Origin: Desulfatiglandales bacterium
Lineage (GTDB): Bacteria; Desulfobacterota; DSM-4660; Desulfatiglandales; Desulfatiglandaceae
Reading direction: 5' to 3'
Assembly: GCA_963666345.1 (NCBI GenBank)
Contig: OY762721.1
Span: 2,656,001 to 2,720,000 of the forward strand
Length of the DNA stretch: 64,000 nucleotides
The notes under the pieces are model-generated. The model had not been told where the DNA came from. It was given only the letters and a program-made list of their open reading frames with translations, and made no database searches. Of the stretch, positions 57,664-64,000 are shown one piece after another (position 1 is the stretch's first letter; each line of letters opens with the position of its first letter). Both the position numbers and the translations under genes were made by a program.

Positions 57664-58386
57664 TTAATAATCACGCCATTCCATTTCCATGTGTGCACAC
57701 TTGGCCTTTATGCGCTCAAGTATCTCTTCCCTGCGATCGTGGGCCCAGGCGGGAAGCTCGTTGTTCCATTTCTCCTTTGAAGGGACATACACGATGCTGG
57801 GTGTCTTAAGCCCCGGGTCCACGCTCAGCTCGAATGAATTTTCCCCTTCAATGTATTTGAGATACCTGAAGGCAATGAGCAGGTCATATTCTTCTCTTGC
57901 ACCTTTGGCAGGGCTTCCTTTTTTATCTGAAGCCTCTTTTGCCCTGATAAATGCCGCCTCTGAATCGATCATGTCGATCCTTTTTTTGTAACGGCCCCCT
58001 GCAAAGGGCGTATCAAGCCACACGGATATGATGTCAAGCGCCTTTTCAATGCCCGCTGTGCCTGAGGCAATGGAGATCATGTTCGTATCATGCCGCGTCC
58101 TTGAGACAAGTGCGGTACTGCTGTCCTGGCACAGGACGCATCTTACCCCCTTTTGTCTGTTTGAAGCGATAACGGCACCGATTCCCGTAACACCCAGAAA
58201 TATCCCCCGTTCGCACGTGCCCCCTGAAACGGAGGCTGCAACAGGGTTGACAAAGAGGGGATAATCAACCTCATCCGCTGAAAAGGTCCCGAAATCCTCT
58301 ATTGTGTGCCCTTTTTGTTCGAGGTGCCTGATAATCCTTTCCTTATCGGCAAACCCGGTCCCGTCGGAGCCTATGGCAATCTTCAT
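57664..58386 (-). CDS. RpiB/LacA-LacB-fold protein with a degenerate active site and an extra C-terminal domain of about 75 aa
   Basis: MKIAIGSD, DFGT, VDYP, TGIG..ASNR.KGVRC and F.GGR place it in the RpiB fold; catalytic residues altered (see findings). Confidence 0.82.
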   Translation of the reverse strand: MKIAIGSDGTGFADKERIIRHLEQKGHTIEDFGTFSADEVDYPLFVNPVAASVSGGTCERGIFLGVTGIGAVIASNRQKGVRCVLCQDSSTALVSRTRHDTNMISIASGTAGIEKALDIISVWLDTPFAGGRYKKRIDMIDSEAAFIRAKEASDKKGSPAKGAREEYDLLIAFRYLKYIEGENSFELSVDPGLKTPSIVYVPSKEKWNNELPAWAHDRREEILERIKAKCAHMEMEWRDY

Positions 58387-58617
58387 CTCTTTTTACCTTC
58401 CTTTCGGCATTTTACGGCCTATGTCAGCATACTTCCTGTATACTGCTTTATGTCAAGCGCTTTTTAAATGAAAAGGGGATAATATATGCTTGCGTGGATA
58501 ATATTTGGGATGTAATATTAACCTCTGACTTAAAATACAACCATATAATCCGTCAGTTTCGGTTTTTCTGCCAGCATCAGACCCGGCGCGGCCCACGGCC
58601 GCAGGAGGGAGCCCCCA

Positions 58618-60096
58618 ATGAATATTCTACTCTTATACCCGGAATTTCCCGACACCTTCTGGAGCCTCAAGCATGCTCTGAAATTTATCAGAAAAAAGGC
58701 GGCCTCGCCCCCGCTGGGGCTTTTGACCGTGGCCGCCATGCTCCCTTCCAAATGGCAAAAGCGCCTTGTGGACCTCAATATCGGAAATGTAACGGATGCG
58801 GACCTTAAATGGGCCGATTACGCATTCATAAGCGCCATGATGGTGCAGAGGGAATCGACCCTCAGGCTTTTAAGGCTGTGCAGGAGCAAGGGACTCAAGG
58901 TCGTGGCGGGCGGCCCTCTTTTCATGGATAATCCCCTGGACTATGAGGATGTCGATCATTTTGTCTTAAATGAGGGGGAGCTTACCCTGCCCGGCTTTCT
59001 TGAGGATCTTGAGAATGGCTGTGCAAAAAGGGTCTATAAGAGCGATGAATTTGCCGACATGAAGGATACTCCGGTGCCCATGTGGGAGCTTGCCGAGGTG
59101 AACAGATACGCCTCCATGAGCGTCCAGTACTCAAGGGGCTGCCCCTATAACTGCGATTTCTGCAACATAACCGCACTTTTCGGGCACCTTCCAAGGACCA
59201 AGACCCCTGAGCAGATCATAGCAGAGCTTGACGCGCTTTATGCCCTGGGATGGCGAAGGGGGATATTTTTTGTGGACGACAACTTCATCGGAAACAAGAG
59301 GCGCCTTAAAGAGGAGCTGCTCCCGGAGCTTAACCGCTGGAGAAGGGATAAGCCGCAGATAACATTCAACACCGAGGTGTCCATAAACCTTGTGGATGAC
59401 GCCGAGCTTATGGACATGATGGTTGATGCGGGATTTGACAAGGTGTTCATAGGAATTGAGACACCCGATGAATCAAGTCTTGCCGAGTGCAACAAGAAGC
59501 AGAACAGAAACCGCAACCTTGTGCAGGATGTAAAAAAGATCCACAGGGCAGGGCTCGAGGTCCAGGGCGGCTTTATCGTGGGTTTTGACAATGACACCCC
59601 TTCCATATTCCAGAGGCAGATCGATTTCATACAGAAAAGCGGCATAATGACCGCCATGGTGGGGCTCCTTCAGGCCCCCCCCGGCACCAAACTCTATGCG
59701 AGAATGGAAAAAGAGGGCCGGCTCACCGGAAGACTTGAGGGGGATAATGTAAACGGTACCACGAACATCATCCCGACCATGAACCCGGAACAGCTCTTTA
59801 AGGGGTACAAAGACATACTGGAACACATCTATTCCCCTGAATACTATTACAAGCGCTTACAAACGTTTCTCAAGGACTACAAGGCACCCGAGATAAATAT
59901 CCCCATAAAATGGGGGCAGATAATGGCCTTTGTCAGGTCGGCCGTTCACCTCGGCATACTGGGAAAGGAGCGGATATATTACTGGAAGCTCCTTATTTGG
60001 ACCCAGTTCAGGAGACCCAGGCTGGTCCCCCTTGCAATCACCCTTGCCATCTACGGGCATCACTTCAGAAAGGTCTATGAGCAGCACATAATCTGA
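58618..60096 (+). CDS. B12-binding radical SAM protein with C-terminal DUF4070-like domain
   Basis: PPLGLLTVAA, SRGCPYNCDFC, FVDDNFIGN, FIGIETP, GGFIVGFDND. Confidence 0.9.
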   Translation: MNILLLYPEFPDTFWSLKHALKFIRKKAASPPLGLLTVAAMLPSKWQKRLVDLNIGNVTDADLKWADYAFISAMMVQRESTLRLLRLCRSKGLKVVAGGPLFMDNPLDYEDVDHFVLNEGELTLPGFLEDLENGCAKRVYKSDEFADMKDTPVPMWELAEVNRYASMSVQYSRGCPYNCDFCNITALFGHLPRTKTPEQIIAELDALYALGWRRGIFFVDDNFIGNKRRLKEELLPELNRWRRDKPQITFNTEVSINLVDDAELMDMMVDAGFDKVFIGIETPDESSLAECNKKQNRNRNLVQDVKKIHRAGLEVQGGFIVGFDNDTPSIFQRQIDFIQKSGIMTAMVGLLQAPPGTKLYARMEKEGRLTGRLEGDNVNGTTNIIPTMNPEQLFKGYKDILEHIYSPEYYYKRLQTFLKDYKAPEINIPIKWGQIMAFVRSAVHLGILGKERIYYWKLLIWTQFRRPRLVPLAITLAIYGHHFRKVYEQHII

Positions 60097-60275
60097 TCCT
60101 GAAAGGAAACAGGGGATGGACCCCCCATCCTTAATACAGCCTATATATGCAATTCCAACCCGTTGGTATGTCAGGCCGCCTTATCAAAGACAGCAACACG
60201 GACCGCTTAATTAAAGCTGATTTTGCATACAGTGATTTATTTGTAATCGCAGGTTAAGTAACGGGAGGGTATGTC

Positions 60276-60791
60276 ATGAAAGTCTTGGTCACTTATTTCA
60301 GTCAGAGTGGAAACACCGAAAAGATCGCCAAAGCCATCCGGGAAGAAGCATCCCTGGCCAATGATGCGGATCTGAAAAAACTTGCGGACGTCGGAACTGA
60401 CGCTTTTGCCGGATATGATTTCATCTTCATAGGTTCCCCCATCCACGCATCCAATCTGGCCGCACCGGTCAAAGAGTTCCTGGGTAACATTCAGGCAGGT
60501 TCGGGCCGGAAAATGGCCGGGTTCATTACCCATTTCGCCCCCGCCTATCCGGATCAGGACATGGAAGGATTTACAGAACCGATAAAAGCGGCATGCAAGG
60601 AAAAGGGCATCGAATACAAGGGCTGTTTTAACTGCCAGGGCGCTCTGGCCGAATCCATGCACGCAGCAGTACAGAAGAAGCGCAATTTTTCCGACGAACA
60701 ATGGAAAGATATAGTCAAACAGATGACCGGGCACCCAAACGAAGAAGACGCGGCAAACGCCAAAGCGTTTTCAAGAGAGGTTCTGGGCTGA
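60276..60791 (+). CDS. Flavodoxin-family protein
   Basis: YFSQSGNTEKIA, FIGSP, CQG..GHP..D. Confidence 0.88.
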   Translation: MKVLVTYFSQSGNTEKIAKAIREEASLANDADLKKLADVGTDAFAGYDFIFIGSPIHASNLAAPVKEFLGNIQAGSGRKMAGFITHFAPAYPDQDMEGFTEPIKAACKEKGIEYKGCFNCQGALAESMHAAVQKKRNFSDEQWKDIVKQMTGHPNEEDAANAKAFSREVLG

Positions 60792-61071
60792 TTTTAAGCC
60801 CCCTGTAAATACATTCAGAGTTTCCGGCTCCAGCGCTTCCGACCCCTGATGCCTGGAAATATAATTTCTAAGGTAACCTGTTGCGGTAATATTTTACCGG
60901 GGAGGATGATGCCCTTACTGTAACCTTGAGTCGCGAGGGTACCAAGAGGTTTTGTACGATATAAAGGCTGCGTGGGCAATGTTTCGTGGAAAAGCATCAT
61001 CTCCCATGTCTTCCGGCAAATGCAGTGATCGGGAAGATACTTGGAAAGGAATAAAAAAGAGGAGGTCATGT

Positions 61072-61716
61072 ATGGATACACATCAAATGGACTGGAACGA
61101 AAAAGTGGCCAAAGTAATCATTGAGAACCTGGAGAAGCGCCGCATGGAAGGCAGCTACACACCTACCGCGGCCCGGGCCAAAGAAGAAATCCTGGACATG
61201 ATTCCCCGGGGGGCAACGGTCTTTCGCTGCGGTTCTATGACAGCTACTGGAATGGGACTCTGGGAGGACATCGCGAACTTGCCGGAAGTCAACCTGATCG
61301 ATCCATATCGGCCGGAACTGAAACCGGAAGAAGGCCTGGAACTCCGGCGTCAGGGATTGACCGCCGATGTCATGGTTGCCAGCTCCAATGCCGTCACGCT
61401 GGACGGGAAACTGGTCAATCTGGACGGTATGGGCAACCGCGTGGCGGCCATGACATTCGGACCAGGGAGGGTCTTTCTGCTGGTCGGGATGAACAAGGTG
61501 GCGCCTGACGTGGATACTGCAATGGACCGTGTCAAACACTATGCGGCACCGGTCAATGCAGTCCGGCTCGGTCTGAAAACCCCCTGTGTGGAGACCGGAC
61601 TCTGTTCAGACTGCAGAGCACCTCAACGGATCTGTAACATGTGGAGCGTCATAGAAGGTCACATGATCAAGGGTCGTATCCATGTCAAGCTGATCGGCGA
61701 AAACTTGGGATATTAG
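61072..61716 (+). CDS. LUD-domain (lactate utilization/YkgG-like) protein
   Basis: GSMT, SSNAVTLDGKLVNLDG.GNRVAA, PCVETGLCSDC..RIC, LGY end; GAGGAGG RBS. Confidence 0.88.
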   Translation: MDTHQMDWNEKVAKVIIENLEKRRMEGSYTPTAARAKEEILDMIPRGATVFRCGSMTATGMGLWEDIANLPEVNLIDPYRPELKPEEGLELRRQGLTADVMVASSNAVTLDGKLVNLDGMGNRVAAMTFGPGRVFLLVGMNKVAPDVDTAMDRVKHYAAPVNAVRLGLKTPCVETGLCSDCRAPQRICNMWSVIEGHMIKGRIHVKLIGENLGY

Positions 61717-62084
61717 ACGAGATAGGACACGACCTTGGAATGGAAAAGCTTCCTTGGAAAGGGGTGGTAGGCTATGGAGGAAAAGGATCGTCGCTACATT
61801 CCGAAGACAAATAGTGACCCGATAATTGTTGCAAAAATGGTCTTTATGTACGCTATGAACTCCCGGCTCGGAAGGTGGTAGGGAAATGTGACATTGATTA
61901 TCTTGAGCTTGAAAATCTCTCCGATCTTCAAAAACTTAATGCCGTCAGGGTAATGGTAAATGTTGAATCAGCAGCTTTAGCACTTCGGGCCGGTATCAAG
62001 TGATAGTTTTCTAACGGTGTGGTTTTTGTGTGACTTGGTAACCGGGGGGCCTGTTTAAGACCATCCAACCAAGGAGAAAAGAAG

Positions 62085-62969
62085 ATGCATATTACCAAAA
62101 TATTCAAAAGCCGTTCAATAGCGTACAGCTTTGAGGTTTTCCCCCCGAAATCCAAGGAGGCTTCCGAACAGCTTTTCGCCACCATCAGAGAGCTTTCTCC
62201 GCTTGAACTGGCGTATGTGAGCGTTACATACGGCGCGGGCGGCTCCACCCGTGACCTGACGCACGAGCTGGTCGTTCGGATTCAACAGGAGACCGACCTG
62301 ACGGTGGTGTCTCACCTGACCTGTGTCGGCTCAACCAAGGACGAAATCAGATCGATTCTGGATACCTATGCGGAAAGCGGCATCAAGAATATCCTGGCCC
62401 TTCGCGGGGATCCGCCCATGGGCAAGACCTTTGAGCCGGTTCCGGGAGGTTTCAGCTATGCGGCAGAGCTGGTGGCATTCATCCGCAAGAACTATCCGCA
62501 GATGGGAATCGGTGTGGCAGGCTATCCTGAAGGCCATCCGGAGACACCTAACCGGCTGCTTGAAATCGATTATCTCAAGGCCAAGGTCGATGCCGGCGCC
62601 GATTATATATGCTCTCAGCTTTTTTTCGATAATAACGAGTTCTATGATTTCAGGGAGCGGTGTGAACTGGTAGGAATTGGCATACCAATCGTGGCAGGTA
62701 TCGCCCCGGTTACTTCGGTCAAATTAATGAAACGCATGGCTGAAGTCTCGGCGGGCACCCGCTTTCCGGCTCGTTTCATCAAGGCCCTGCGGCGTGCCGA
62801 AAAACAGGAGCATATGACCAAAGTCGGGATCCACTGGGCAACCGAGCAGGTGCGCGATCTGATAGATCACAATGTCAGCGGCATTCACCTCTATACCCTG
62901 AACAAGTCTAGTGCCACCCGCCAGATCTATGATTCTTTAGGTGTAACAACCACGCGCTACCTTGTGTGA
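62085..62969 (+). CDS. metF: 5,10-methylenetetrahydrofolate reductase
   Basis: SFEVFPPK, SVTYGAGGS, HLTC, LALRGD, AGYPEGH, QLFFD, HLYTLN. Confidence 0.96.
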   Translation: MHITKIFKSRSIAYSFEVFPPKSKEASEQLFATIRELSPLELAYVSVTYGAGGSTRDLTHELVVRIQQETDLTVVSHLTCVGSTKDEIRSILDTYAESGIKNILALRGDPPMGKTFEPVPGGFSYAAELVAFIRKNYPQMGIGVAGYPEGHPETPNRLLEIDYLKAKVDAGADYICSQLFFDNNEFYDFRERCELVGIGIPIVAGIAPVTSVKLMKRMAEVSAGTRFPARFIKALRRAEKQEHMTKVGIHWATEQVRDLIDHNVSGIHLYTLNKSSATRQIYDSLGVTTTRYLV

Positions 62970-62982
62970 GAGGTAAGTAGAA

Positions 62983-63085
62983 GGGTTCAAGGATTCAAGG
63001 GGCCAAGGGGTCGAGGTTTCCAGGGAAATGGAGCGAAGCGACTCCACAATTTTAGGCACTTATAATTTTAGTCACTTTAGTCACT
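62983..63085. repeat. Octamer arm (GGGTTCAA/GGATTCAA/GGGGCCAA/GGGGTCGA), GCGAAGC hairpin and TTTAG(G/T)CAC repeats; family A-related remnant
   Basis: Same octamer series as at about 33218 and 54120; GGAG-CGAAGCGA-CTCC hairpin at about 63030. Confidence 0.65.
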
Positions 63086-63086
63086 C

Positions 63087-63341
63087 CTGAAACTTTCTGA
63101 TATTGAACGGCATAAGGATAATCCAAATTTTAAACAAGGAATCTGGGCTTTGGTTGAAGTAGATATCAGCAAGCTTTCCTTAAAATCAAAACGTATAAAT
63201 ATTACTATGCCTGAAAGATTGATAAGGACGGTAGATCAATACGCGAAAAAGTATGGATCAAGCAGGTCCGGGCTTTTATCTCAGGCAGTTACTGAATATA
63301 TGTCCACTCATCAGGAAAATATCAGCGAACCGGACGCTTGA
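63087..63341 (+). pseudogene. hicB: 5'-truncated HicB-family antitoxin (C-terminal half with RHH domain)
   Basis: Frame reads KLSDIERHKDNPNFKQGIWALVEVDISKLSLKSKRINITMPERLIRTVDQYA..SRSGLL; N-terminal half and hicA absent. Confidence 0.72.
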
Positions 63342-63400
63342 GTGGACAGTGCTGTAAAACCCGCATGCCCCACAGCCTGGGGTGAGATGGCTCTTAAAAA

Positions 63401-63802
63401 CTATTTTACCCAGTTTTCAATTCTCAGATTCGGAATCCGGTTAAATTCTATTTCATTATTTGTGATGAGAGTGCAAGTTGTTGAAAGGGCATGAGCGGCT
63501 ATTAACATGTCTAAAGAACCAACAGGTGTTGCCTGCCTTTCCAAGTGAACCCTGAGGTCACCGTAGTATTGAGCAGCGTCATCTCCATAAGGCAGGATCT
63601 CCAAAGGGGCAATGAACTGCATCAAAGCCAGTTGGTTCTGCTCAGGCCTTGAGCTCTTGGACACGCCATACATCAGCTCGCTCAGAGTGATTGAAGAGAT
63701 GCCGATTTGTGTGATCTCGGTGTTCAGAAATCGTTCCAATACCGCTTGAGGCTTCTGCTTTATGATATAGATACATATATTTGTATCAAGCATGTATTTC
63801 AT
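63401..63802 (-). CDS. vapC: VapC PIN-domain toxin
   Basis: YMLDTNICIY, ISSIT.SEL.YG, GSLDMLIAAHA, LITNN..EF.R. Confidence 0.94.
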   Translation of the reverse strand: MKYMLDTNICIYIIKQKPQAVLERFLNTEITQIGISSITLSELMYGVSKSSRPEQNQLALMQFIAPLEILPYGDDAAQYYGDLRVHLERQATPVGSLDMLIAAHALSTTCTLITNNEIEFNRIPNLRIENWVK

Positions 63803-64000
63803 TAGAGACCTTCCCGGGAATCCTGTGCGGGTTGATCTCTGGCATTCATGAAATCATCGGTGAACTGGTCAAGGGACTTGACCAACGAGGACCATGGGTC
63901 ATCCCTTGGCAAAAGCACAACCATCTTGCCGATCTTTTTGATAAAGACGTCATCTCCGGTAAATCTGTAATCCTTCGGCAGCCTTACAGCCTGGCTGCGT
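63802..64000 (-). CDS. vapB: VapB (AbrB-type) antitoxin; 5' end outside the window
   Basis: Manual translation RSQAVRLPKDYRFTGDDVFIKKIGKMVVLLPRDDPW..FTDDFM..RDQP; stop overlaps the vapC start (TAATG). Confidence 0.9.
   Translation of the reverse strand, partial: RSQAVRLPKDYRFTGDDVFIKKIGKMVVLLPRDDPWSSLVKSLDQFTDDFMNARDQPAQDSREGL

Noticed and set aside
58618..60096. Calling this gene hpnP (hopanoid C-2 methylase)
   Set aside because: The architecture is shared by a broad family and no hopanoid genes are nearby; a phylogeny would be needed.
61774..61881. 35-codon ORF (MEEKDRRY...) with a possible RBS, perhaps a frameshifted small gene
   Set aside because: No recognisable motif and too short to support.
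61717..62084. SAM/SAH riboswitch upstream of metF
   Set aside because: I could not find the conserved SAM-I or SAH core motifs by eye; an Rfam/Infernal scan would settle it.

Overview
Bacterial chromosomal window with about 55 protein-coding genes. Gene content (CooS CO dehydrogenase, CobA-HemD fusion, DASS/CBS module, sigma54 systems) suggests an anaerobic deltaproteobacterium/Desulfobacterota; this is inference, not a database result. I found no rRNA, tRNA, CRISPR array or transposase. Most genes are housekeeping or metabolic: a glucosylglycerate-type compatible-solute operon, ppsA-fabH, Fur/PerR-cooS, YdbH/YdbL, gmd-fcl, coaBC, ispD-hemC-cobA/hemD, a UvrD helicase, metF and vapBC. The best candidate for an undescribed system is 37.2-47.6 kb. 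It is a five-gene operon (LpxL-like acyltransferase split at an A9/A_AAA_AAG site, B12-radical SAM enzyme, soluble sensor kinase with an H-NOX/V4R-like input domain, enolase-superfamily enzyme, divergent PP-loop ATPase) transcribed divergently from a sigma54 activator and a sensor-less hybrid kinase. Three -24/-12 promoters and four copies of one 20-bp palindrome tie these units together, which looks like a self-sensing lipid/small-molecule signalling circuit. Also notable: a 7-1-7 Fur-type box shared by the Fur-family gene and cooS, anomalous translation starts in two glucosylglycerate genes, a degenerate RpiB fusion, and nested non-autonomous repeat elements, one family carrying dead four-helix-bundle (Avd/IVP-like) genes between inverted octamer arms.
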